A stretch of DNA of 64,000 bases from the human T2T-CHM13v2.0 reference genome, Homo sapiens. Each line of letters opens with the position of its first letter. Within the stretch, counting starts at the first letter, position 1. A program made the translations under genes and the position numbers. Location: assembly GCF_009914755.1 (NCBI RefSeq), contig NC_060933.1. One strand, 5' to 3'. The notes under the pieces are model-generated. The model saw only the letters and a program-made list of their open reading frames with translations. It had not been told where the DNA came from and made no database searches. Of the stretch, positions 45,217-58,930 are shown piece after piece.

Positions 45217-45449
45217 CAGGGGTGTCCAATCTTTTGGCTTCGCTGGGCCACATCGGAAGAAGAAGAATTGTCTTGAGCCACCTGTAAAATACACAAACAC
45301 TAATGATAGCTGATGAGCTAAAAAAAAAAAAAAAAAAAAAAATCGCAAAAAAATCTCATGTTTTAAGAAAGTTTACAAATTTGTATTGGGCCATATTCAA
45401 GCCATCCTGGGTCACATGTGGCCTGTGGGCTGTGGATTGGACAAGCTTG
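45217..45449 (+). mobile_element. MER30 (hAT-Charlie)
   Basis: caggggtgtccaatcttttggcttc...gatagctgatgagctaaaaa...ttggacaagcttg. Confidence 0.9.
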
Positions 45450-46664
45450 CTCTAGAGCCATAGACAAGGTTTGTTGGTGGTGTAGGACGACAAGAAAAGG
45501 TGACCTGGGCCCCATCACACGCAGGGCCAAGAGGAGCAGCTCCACTCTGCAGGCCCCACCCCCGCCACTCATGCAAATGAAGCTGTCCTCAGGCCTAGCA
45601 ACTTGCCCTCTGCCCTCTTCAGCCTCAATACTATGCTGGCCTCTGTGCTGTCCTGGCCAATGGAGATGGGGACAAGGGGCTCCCCAGGGCAGCTGGAAGT
45701 CAGCTCCTGCTAGATCACTACTCCCTCCCACCCAGCTGATGGGGAGAATCTCTGGTGGAGCCATCCATTTTCTGGCTCTGTCTTATAGCCCAACCAGTGA
45801 CATTGCCATCTTCTCCCATTTTCCAAGCTCCTCCCAGCCCCCTCCCCAGGCGTCCCCTCTGTCAGGTAGTGAGGGTCTCCTTGGGAGGCAAGCAACCAGT
45901 AAGGACAGTCAGGGCCACTTCTGGGTTGGAGGGAGGCAGACCCTGATCCAGAGGGAGTCCTGCTCATGGGTCCTCCAATGCTGCATGTGATTCCCCACTC
46001 TTTCCACAGTGCTCATGCTGTGACCCCCACCTGGAACCCCCCTACCTTAATTTCATCCCAACTCCTACCCATCCTCCAAGGCTGGCTGAGGTCTCACCTA
46101 CCCTAGGGGCTTCTTGACCATTTCCCAGCCGCAGAGCATCTGTCTCCTCGTACTCTCGGCTCTGGCTTTCATTTATTTAGTCTAGAGTTAAAGCACATGG
46201 GCTATAGTCAGGCTGCCGGGACCCAGGCTGTGTGACCCTGGACAACTTACCCACAGTGTCCTCAGTTTTCGTATTTGTAAAATGGGAATACTCATTGTGC
46301 CTACCTTGTAGGGTTATTGTGAAAATTAAATGAACTGGGCCATAGGTCCAGCTACATACTAAGAACTTCATACATCTTATCTTTTCTCTGGATAGCCTGT
46401 ATTTTTCAGGTCAGTTTATTGTTATTTAACTTTACATAGTTTACATATTGTCTTCTTAATGAGATTAGAGGTCCTCTGAGTGCTATAAGTAAGCTGTTGA
46501 TGGTGCCTCTTTGTAGTCTTCACAGCACCTAGCCAGTAACCTACACACAGTAGGTGCTTAATACTTATTGTTTAAATTCAATATAGTGCTAGCAGTGTCA
46601 TGTGGTCTGCAAAATAGATCATACCAAAATGTAAGTCATGGATCAGTATAACTCCCAAAGGCTT

Positions 46665-47110
46665 CTAGTTTCAGGTAGACTTTGCTGCAACACAAACCAG
46701 CCTAAAACATGGTGGTCTAAAAACAGCAATGACGATTTATTATTTCTCATGATTCTGTGGGTTGACTCGGGAGTTCTGTTCATTTGCAACATTTAGCTGG
46801 AGGGTCAGTGGGGCTGGAGGGCCCAAGATGACCTCACTCATGTCTAGCCCTTGGTTCTGGCTGGTGGCTGGGCTCCATGGTTCTTCTTCATGTGACTGCT
46901 CATGCTCCAATAGACTAGACTAGGCTTCTTAATAGCATGGTGGTGACTCAGGATTTTAAAAGTGTTACAATCAAAGGTATATTAGCATCCATGTCTAGGT
47001 TCTGGAACTTGCTGTGTCACTTTTGTCATACTCTATTGATTAAAGCAAGTCACAAAGCTGGCCCCAGTTCAAAGAGGTAGTGAAATAGATATCACCATTT
47101 GAAGGTAACA
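46665..47110 (-). mobile_element. MLT1G/H-like LTR
   Basis: atttattatttctcatgattctgtgggttgact...ccaagatg.cctcactca...aaagcaagtcacaa. Confidence 0.7.
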
Positions 47111-47596
47111 CACCCTTGGTAAGAAGTTTGGTTAGCTTGTGAGATGACAATCTTCATAAACTTTCTATGTCATGCTTTACAGTTGAACAGTTGAACAAAG
47201 TTGCTCACAAGCATTTGCTATTTGAGCCTCATAACAACTCAAAATTCCTCTGAGGCAGGAAGGAGAGGTATACTATCTTTAAAATGTAGAGTAGAAGGCT
47301 AAATTTACACATGTTCCTCAGACTCATACAGTCAATTAATAGAATTGCACTCATGCAGCAATTTCCTTTTTTTGCTTTGAAATATTTCAGTCCTACAACA
47401 AGTATAGAAAAATAATACTCACACATGTATCTTCCACCTCGCTTAAGAAATAGGATGTTAGCAATTCACTGAAGCTTCCTGAACATCAGTCACCAATCAC
47501 ATAGCCTCCATTTCACTAACTGCTTTCTCTAGGATAATAGCCATCTTGGATTTGGTGTCTATCATGTCCATGCATAAAGTTACGCATTTTCCACAT

Positions 47597-47946
47597 GTTT
47601 TGTTGTTGTTGAGTTGTTTTTTGTTTGTTTGTTTGTTTGTTTTTGTTTGTTTTTTGTTTGTTTTAAGACAGAGTCTTGCTCTATCACCCAGGCTGGAGTA
47701 CAGTGGCAAAATATCGGCTTACTGCAGCCTCCACCTCCCAGGTTCAAGTGATTTTTGTGCCTCAGCCTCCTGAATAGCAGGGATTACAGATTTGCACCAC
47801 CATGCTCGGCTAATTTTTGTATTTTTAGTAGAGACAAAGTTTCAGCTTGTTGGCTAGGCTGGTCTCGATCTCCTAACCTCAAGTGATCTGCCTGCCTTGG
47901 CATCCCAAAGTGCTAGGATTACAGGCATGAGCCACCGTGCCTGGCC
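47597..47946 (-). mobile_element. AluS-type with (TTTG)n tail
   Basis: Alu dimer. TSD tttccacat. Confidence 0.93.
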
Positions 47947-47982
47947 TTCTTTCCACATATGTTTTTATCCGTCAGTTACAAC

Positions 47983-48650
47983 TACCGTATTTCATTGTTT
48001 CTAAGGCACATTTGTTTTTTCACATTTTCATCTCTCTGAAGTCAGGATGCTCTCATCATTGGTGACATCTTCCAAAAGCAGTCAGCCAGGTGGCCGCTGT
48101 ATCACAGCCATCATGGCCGTACATTCTCTGGCATCACAGGGACAAGAAACAAACTTGCAGAATTGGTGTCAACATGTGGGAAAAGATTCTGGAGACAATG
48201 GCAGGGTACTCTTCTTACCCTGAGGAACCAAATGGCTATGAGGAGGGGGTAGGGGAAGAAGGGGTGGCAAATCAGAAATGTTTTAGCAAGATTCCAGAGC
48301 AGGAACAAAAAGTAGGTTAGCTGCACCTAACTGCAAAAATAGCTTGAGAGTACAATGCCAATGACTTTGTTCTTTTATAGATTCTTTTCAAAAATGCTGT
48401 ATCACCAATACTCAATTTGCATGGAAGTTTTATTGTGCCAAAAAACACAGACACCAGGAAAGAATTCTAAGAAGTCAGATGTTAAATGTGGAAAAATTTA
48501 TAGAATACCTTAATTGATTATGTTACTTATATTTTCCTCTTTTATGCATGTATAAGAGTAATATATGGTTTAAAAAAACTGTCAAATCAGTGTGGAATTG
48601 TAAGTGACAAGAAAACATTTTGTCAGAGTTTAATTCTCAGCATTTTTTCT
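47983..48650 (+). mobile_element. Kanga/MER104-type (TcMar-Tc2) DNA transposon remnant
   Basis: Terminus ta|ccgtatttcattgtttctaaggcacattt...ttcacatttt..tctctgaa. Degraded DDE-transposase C-terminal sequence (WEKI.ETM...S; F.KCCITN). Confidence 0.6.
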
Positions 48651-48687
48651 GTCTTAATGGTGCACAAACTAATAGTCTATCTCATAA

Positions 48688-49011
<324 letters not shown>

Positions 49012-49454
49012 TAGGTAAATACTGTTAAATTGTATCTATAATTCTGTAAACCACACTTGTTTGCCTGACATTATGTTTTTGAGGTTTTTCAATTTGCTAA
49101 ATCTAGGCCTGCTTCATTCATCTTAACTACTGTATAACATCCCATTGTATAAATATACCATGTTTTATGTATCCTTTTTATCCATTCCCCCATTTATGGG
49201 CATTTAGATTGCTTCAATTTTTTTTAATTTCAAAGAACGTAGTTATGGGTATCTTGTACAGAGCTCCTTGTGAATAGAATTTCTGAATCACAAATAATAC
49301 ACATCTTTGACTTAACAGACATTCTCAAATCATTCTACAATGTGTCAAATTTGCAATCTGATTATTCCTGTATGAGAGGTCCTGATTTCAAGGGCCTCTT
49401 CGTTGAACTTCCATCCTCCTCTCTCCTCTTCATTGAACTTCCATCCTCCTCTCT

Positions 49455-50125
49455 AGTTCCCTCTAACTCACTCCCTTATATAGCCCAAGTGACCACTAAA
49501 ATACACAGCAGATCAAATCACATCTTAGCTTTAAATCTTTCCATGGATTTCCACTGTGATTTCCAACAAGACCGCAATGACTCACTGGGCCCTGAATTTG
49601 CTCCAGAGCCTCAACTCTTGCTGTCACTACATCTGACCAGACCCACCCTCAACATTACAACCAATGCTTCAGAATCCTCTTAGCTCCTTTTCCATAAGAG
49701 TCCTTTCTCTCACCCTCTGTATACACCATTTTCTCTCCTTGGAATGCTCTTTCTATTAAAACCTCTCCTGTCCCACCTAAGCCCAAATTTCCCTAATTAA
49801 CTCTATTCACCGTACTATGTCTAAACGTAGTCACCTCTTTTCCCTGGGAGCCTTCTTTGGCTCCCACTCCCCCCACACCCACCATCATCACTGGAGTAAG
49901 TACCTTTCCCATATCCTCTGTAGCATATTTGACAGGCACTCCCCCATCACAGCATCATCACACAGTTCTAAAATCACCTCTTTGCTGGTTTTACTCCCCT
50001 ACTAGACTTTGAAGTCCCCAAATTGAAAAGGAGGGGAACAGTGTCTATCTTGTTCACTGCTGTATTCTCACCCGATATGCAGTTTATACGGCACTCATAA
50101 ATACTGTGTTTGTTGGATAAACAAG
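49455..50125. mobile_element. L2 remnant
   Basis: cttggaatgctctt, ccctactagact.tgaa, tgtctatcttgttcactgctgtatt, and ending tttgttggataaa. Confidence 0.6.
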
Positions 50126-50767
50126 TACATGAAGCAAGTCAGCACTTGAATCTAGATCATTTGATCTGAATTCTCATTTCATCCAAGACAACTTCTCTTC
50201 CTAAAATAGAAATTACTACACAAGCCATCATGAGGAGGAAATGCCAGAGATAAAATTTGGAATTGGGGTGTCAAACTATAAAAATTCCTCTAGGTTTGAC
50301 GGCAACTTCAAGCCTTATAAGTGGTCTCTTGGGTCTAGGCATGCCATTTATAGCATGAGGAGGGAAAGAAGGAAGGAGTCCACTGGGATGGTCCTGTTTG
50401 CAGCCACCTGTAATGCACAGCTTGGTAATGGAAAGCACACCTGGAGATGTTTGAGAAGCAATCAGCCATTCCCAACATAGGATAGAAACAAAATGGAAAA
50501 GGTTAAAGTTAACATGGAGAGATTAAAAATCATTTGGAATTATTTCATAAGGATGTCCTGTAGTTTTTTGACATATATGTATTTTAAGACAAGAAATGAA
50601 TTTGCCAGGTCCTGACAGCTCTCTCTTACATCAAGAAAAATGAAAATATATTTTGTTTCTAAAATGCCTACATCAACTATGGGTCTTCAGCTGAATCATA
50701 GTATACTGGATTTAGGAAGCCAACAACTTCCTTCTGAGTTAAACATCAGAGACTGGCATCCCCTAAG

Positions 50768-51320
50768 TCAGTGGTTCCTAAACTCTAGCATACATCTGAA
50801 TCACCAAGAGACTTACAAAAACACAAATTGCTGCCGCCACACACCTCTGAGAGTTTCTTATTCACTCGGTCTGGGTAAGGCAGGAAATATGCATTTCTAA
50901 AAAGTTCCTAGAATCATTAAAAAAAGATGAAGTATTAATACATGCTACAACATGGATGAACCTCCAAAACACTATGCTAAGTGAAAGAAGCCACATACAT
51001 AAAGTCATAGATTGTGTGACTCAATTTATATGAAACACCTAGAACAGGCAAATCTGTAGAGATGAAAAGTAGATTCATGGTTTCCAGAGGCCAAGGTGAG
51101 GGGGAAATGGGGACTGACTACTTAATGTGTATAGGCTTTCCTTTTGGAGTAATGAAAACATTTTGCAACTAGATAGAGGTGATGGTTGCATAACACTGAG
51201 GATGTACTAAACATGAGTGGATTGTTCACTTTGATTGTATGTTATGTGAATTTTACCTCAACAACAAAAAGTTTCTAGGTAATGCTGATATGGTCCAGAG
51301 ACCACACTTGGAGAAGCATT
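50768..51320. mobile_element. MER5-type element split by an L1MB 3'-end fragment (~50915-51268, + strand)
   Basis: MER5 halves flank atacatgctacaacatggatgaacctc..aaacactatgctaagtgaaagaagcc...ttttacctcaa. Confidence 0.75.
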
Positions 51321-53349
51321 GACTTTAGTTACAAGCACAGAGAAGAGACGGAAGTAAGCCAACTTCCAAAATGGATGGAAGCCTCCACGTGTAATCCAGC
51401 AAGCCTGTCTACAGCTGAGAACTCAGAAAGGCTGAAATAGGCTGTTGCACTGGAAATCTTCACTCTCAATTTGGGCTCGGACCAATAGCTGGTAGCCACT
51501 TCCACATTCCAAATTGAAGTCCTGAACCACCCAAGCAAAGGACGGGGCTGAATCCAGTTGTACTCATCTCAGCTGACCAATCACCTCTGGCTTATAAAGA
51601 GGACTTTAAGCAATGAGGGAAAGTTGGCAAATGGACAGATAATTTCTTTGGATATAGGCGCTGGCATTCTGTGAGGCTGCCCTCATGCCTTGGGGAAGGG
51701 GTGAGAATTCTTCCCTTTTCACTTCACATGTGCCCATCTACCCATCTCTGGATACTGTTTGCAGTCCTAGGGCCATTAATCTTTTTAAAGAACTTGAGAA
51801 GGTGAAGACCATTTCATCCCCACTGCAACATGTAAAAAGAGAGATCACCTGGAGCCAGAACAACAAAGCTTTACTCTCAGTTCTGCCTCTCACTAATTCA
51901 CTGGCTTGACCAATTATTTACTTTCTCTGAGCCTCAGTTTCCTCATCTGGAAAATGGGAATAAGAGTGACTTCTTCATAGGGCTTTTGTGAGAACTAAAC
52001 AAGATAACCTTTGAAAGCACTATAATATGCTTTATGTATCATGGTTATTATTTGCCACAATTAGAATGTTGCTCTACCACTGTACCCACTGATCCAGTGT
52101 GCCTAAAAGGCTCCAAGGGATGCTCCTCCTCCTGAGAGGTGCAGCCCCCTATCTTTTTTCCTATAACTACTCATGAACGATGGTATCTACATGTGTCACA
52201 ATGTAATATGGATCTGGGTATTATTGGAGGAAAACCTATTCTGCATAGAAGACAAGAAAAACAAATAGGAAGTATGGATAAGTAGGTTGACACCTGCAAG
52301 ACAAGTTAGAGCACAAAGAAGAGGTAAATGCTGAACATAGAAAGGAGAGAATGGAATGACTGAGAGGAACCTATTGTAAATGACACAGTCAATATCCATG
52401 AGGCCTCAAATCAACCCAATTGATGATGGCCATTCTGGCCTTATATGTGGTCTGCCCAAGAAGCGCATATGAAGGCCATAGTGCTTCTCATCAGGCTGAA
52501 GGGTGAGCTACAGCTGCCTTCAGGAGTGCTTATTCCTGTGTTTCAGCAAAGGGACAAATGTGTGTGTTGCTGACTGTAGACATCTTTCATATGCCTCTCT
52601 CCCTTGCTTACATATCCACTCTGTACATACATACACAGGACATGGTGGGGAGGCTGATGCAGCAGAGAGAGAGAACAAATGAACATTGCTAGCACAGGGT
52701 GCAGACAGTGGGATCTTCCATCCACTGAGATCTTTCTCTAAGTGTATTAGCCTACTCCACATGTCTCCTTGCTTCTCACTATGTGTTTTAAATGGAATCA
52801 ATAAACCAGCTCATTCAAGTGTTTTACTTTGTTCTGGGAGACTTTCTGTTCCCTGTCTTTAAGAGAGCTTGCCTGGTGTGTTTTGTGAGGCTGCCATTAC
52901 ATCAGGGTAGTTTCCCACATGGCACACTCCTCATGCCTTTGCACACATGGCCTGTGCCCTCTGCCTGGAATGCCCTTTGTTGGGCTCACACCATTTACTC
53001 TTCGAAACCACAATTGAATATCAGTTTTTCTGCAAAGCCTTCCCTCATCCTGTCCCAACTGTCACCCCACCGTAAATGTCTGCCCCTTAATATTTTGTCT
53101 CCATTGTAAGACTTATCACACTGGACCATACATGTGTGTCTTCTCATTTTTCCCTCCTTCTGTATGCCATAATCAGCTTGAGGGAAGGAACCAGGTACAA
53201 CTCCTGATGCACAGTAGGTGCATGCAAGTATCTATGCCAAAAGTGTCTGCAAAAAGGACTGATGTATGACAACTGATGCTTATAGGACCTCCTACTGAGA
53301 GAGATGGTAAAATCATTTAGAGCCAAAATTTTTCAGTCTGCTTCTAGAA

Positions 53350-55600
<2,251 letters not shown>

Positions 55601-55761
55601 TTTTTAAAAATCATCATCCTTTTGGATTACAACTAATCTAGCTTCAGGATTACATACAGCTAAAATTGAAGAGAGGATTTGAAAGGATCTGCATCTCCAT
55701 GCTATACTTTTTGAGTGTTTCCAAGAAACCCAGCCTGATATTAACCTCTGTCACATTACTC

Positions 55762-56066
55762 TTTTTTTTTTTTTTTTTTTTGAGACAGAGTCTCGCTCTG
55801 TCACCCAGGCTGGAGTGCAATGGTTCAATCTTGGCTCACTGCAGCCTCCGCCTCCCAGGTTCAAGAGAATCTCCTACCTCAGCTCCCCCGAGTAGCTGGG
55901 ACTATAGGTGTGCACCACAATACCTGGCTAATTTTTGTATTCTTTTAGTAGAGATGAGGTTTCACCATGTTGGCCAGGCTGGTCTTGAACTCCTGACCTC
56001 AGGTGATCCACCTGCCTCAGCCTCCCAAAGTGCTGGGATTACAGGTGTGAGCCACCGTGCCCGGCC
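55762..56066 (-). mobile_element. AluSx-type
   Basis: Poly(T) plus Alu dimer. TSD acattac..ttttt. Confidence 0.95.
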
Positions 56067-56079
56067 AACATTACCCATT

Positions 56080-56613
56080 TTTGATGATTAATTTATGTGT
56101 CAACTTGACTGGGCTAAGGGCTGCCAGGATAGCTAGCTGGTAAAATGTTATTTCTGCATGTGTCTGTGAGGGTGTTTCTGGAACAGATTAGCATTTGAAT
56201 CAGCAAACTGAATAGAGAAGATTATCTTCACCACTGTGGTTGGGTATCATCTAGTCCATGGAGGGTCCAAATAGAACAAAAATGTGGGAAAAAAGCAAAT
56301 TTGCTCTCTTCTTGAGCTGAGACATTTATATTCTCCCACCATTGGACATCAGTGTTCCTGGTTCTCTGGCCTCTGGACACAGACTGGGACTTACACCAAC
56401 TGTACCCCGGTTCTCAGGCCTTTTGATTCAGACTGATTCAGACTAAAGTTACACCACCAGCTTTTTTGGTTGTCTAGCTTGCCGATGTCAAATCGTGGAA
56501 GTACTCAGCCTCCATAGTTATGTTGGCCAACTCTTACCATAAATACATATGTATACATATGTATTCTGTTATATGTATATATGATTCTGTTTCTCTGGAG
56601 AATCCTAATATAC
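56080..56613 (+). mobile_element. MLT2 (ERVL) solo LTR
   Basis: Colinear with the 29424 copy: tatgtgtcaacttgact, gattagcatttgaatc, ggacatcag, tttctctggagaa. Confidence 0.87.
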
Positions 56614-56994
56614 CATTAAAGCATTAACATTAATTATCAATTGGATGCCATCATCTTAGAAATCTAAGAGGAATCTTCTGAGAAGTTGGATATGAGAGAT
56701 CTGCATACTGATGAGTGCATGCAAATGAGCAGTAGGGAGACTGGCACATACGGTGGATGAGCAAATGTTTCCAAGGGATAGGCTGGGTTGACCGGGGGAC
56801 ACACTAGATCATGAGTTATTTGATAAGGCAGAGGAGGCTACAGATGCAGGATGATGTGATTTGAAGGAGACAGACCACAAGGGAAGGGCCTAATATTTAC
56901 CTTAATAGACTATTGAGCAGTTTTATCTAGCCCAGAGATTCTCAACTCCGGAGGTACATTAGAATCACCTGGGGAACCTTTTTAAGGCTATGTT

Positions 56995-57400
56995 CTTCAA
57001 CAGCGGAATAGAGAAACAAATCGTGGCACATCCATATGGAGTAACACTCAGCAATAAAAATGAACTATGGACACGCTGTATCAACCAAACCGATGAATCT
57101 CAAATGCATTATGTTAAGTGAAAGAAGCCCGCACTGAAAAACTACATACTACATGATTTCATTCCCATGTCATTCTGCAAAAGACAAGACTATAGGAAAA
57201 GAAAATATATCAACAGCTGCCAAGAGCTTGGGGTGAAAGGACAGCTTGACTACAAAGGGGCATAAAAGAATTTGGGAGAGGGCGTGGACCTGTTCTATGT
57301 GGATTGTAATAGTTACATGACTGTACGCATATGGCAAAATTTACAAAACTTTACCCTAAATAAGATGAATTTTATTGCATGTAAATTATACTTTAATACA
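56995..57400 (+). mobile_element. L1MD/MB 3' end fragment nested in a MER5-type element
   Basis: gatgaatctcaaatgcattatg.taagtgaaagaagcc...tgaattttattgcatgtaaattata. MER5 pieces at ~56933-56985, 57415-57475 and 57795-57843. Confidence 0.7.
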
Positions 57401-58119
57401 AAAGGCCTTCCCCCAAATATTAGAATTCATTTGGTCTTGGGTGGAGCCTAGAGATTATTTTTTAAAAGCTCCTCAGATGGAAAATATCTGCTTCAGTCTA
57501 AGATGGAGTATCAGGGAATGGATTTTCCGTCCCACCTGAGTCAATCAAAAAAAAAAAAAAAAGAAAAAGAAAAAGAAAAGCAGAGAAAATATATGAAACA
57601 ATGGGCTTTAAGACACTAACCATCAGGCAACCAAGGATGGTGAACCCTGCAATTTGGAGGGATGGAATACTGCTCTTTATCTTGATTATAGGAATTATTC
57701 CATGGGTGTATATACATGTTAAAACTTAGCAAATTGTACATTTTATATGTGTAGTTTATTGTACATCAATTATGCATCATTAAAGGCATTTTCTTTAAGT
57801 TCCCCAGGTGATTCCAAACATAATAGCCAGAGTTAAGAACCATCAGCCCCAACATATAACCTTACTTGGCCCTGGAATCCAACATTGTAAGATTCTAATC
57901 ATTTGAACTCAATGTAATGTGATTGAAGCATATAAAATGTTAAAGTTTATTACAAGTCATACTTTACTTAAACAGAACTCATTTTAGGAACTAAGTTCAC
58001 ACTTGCAGGAATAGTAGTTTTTGACAATGATTCTTTTGATAGTGATTGACATCACTGCTAAAAACAAAAGACAGACACAGAGAGAGAGGCTGGGACCCTA
58101 ACTGGAAAGATGTTTAAAT

Positions 58120-58386
58120 GTTAGAACAAAACACATTAATACCAACTTCTAGGAAACTTAGAATATGCACAAAAAGCCTTAAAATTGTTCATAACATTTA
58201 ACCCAGAATTTAAACTAAGGACATAAGAAAAGAGCACAAGTGTGCCACTTCAGCAATGCTATAATAGCAGGAACATGGGAATCTAAAACAACAGCAAAAA
58301 AGAAGTGGTTACATGAGTTATAGTATGTGAGTAAAAAGAATAGTACAAGGCCATCTAAAATAATATTGTATAATAATATCTAATGA
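58120..58386 (+). mobile_element. L1ME-type fragment that served as the target of the DSE retrocopy (resumes after 62654 and ~63250-63435)
   Basis: Degraded L1ME 3'-region motifs on both sides of the retrocopy. Confidence 0.5.
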
Positions 58387-58405
58387 TATCATTAGATATG
58401 ATATT

Positions 58406-58930
58406 AGCCCGAGGCTGCAGCAGCGCATCCCCGGGCGCGGCGCCCACCAACACTCACAGTGCAAGGGCTTGGCTCCGAGGGGGCTGGGAGCCCGGGCGCC
58501 CTGGAGTGAAGGGGGCCAGGAGCGGGCTCTGGAGGCTGCAGAGGCGACTCTGGAGAGGACGGAGCCTCGGCGGGGAGCGGATGTTTTGAAGATGCTTTGG
58601 CTGCCTTGGAGATTTGGAGATCTGATGCCACGATGAGGACTCACACACAGGGGTGCTCCCAGTGTGTTTTTCATATATTTGCTTTGCATTGTGTCAGCCT
58701 ACATCACCGACGAGAACCCAGAAGTCATGATTCCCTTCACCAATGCCAGCCACAACAGCCACCCCATGCTGTACTTCAGGGCAGAGGTGGCGGAGCTGCA
58801 GCTCAGGGCGGCCAGCTGGCAGGAGCACATTGCAGCCCGCCTCACGGAGGATGTGCACACGATGCTGTGCAGCCCCTTGGAATACCTCCCTCCCTGGGAT
58901 CCCAAGGATTACAGTGCCCGCTAGAACGAA
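58406..58930 (+). promoter_or_regulatory. CpG-island-like 5'UTR and start of the CDS in the DSE retrocopy
   Basis: GC-rich with about 15 CpGs in 58406-58580 (hand count) and further CpGs to ~58930, in an otherwise CpG-poor window. Promoter function is not shown. Confidence 0.45.

Noticed and set aside
45418-45990. 190-aa ORF, the longest outside L1 and DSE
   Set aside because: GTG start inside MER30, low-complexity Pro/Ser/Gly composition typical of GC-rich non-coding DNA, and no recognisable domain.
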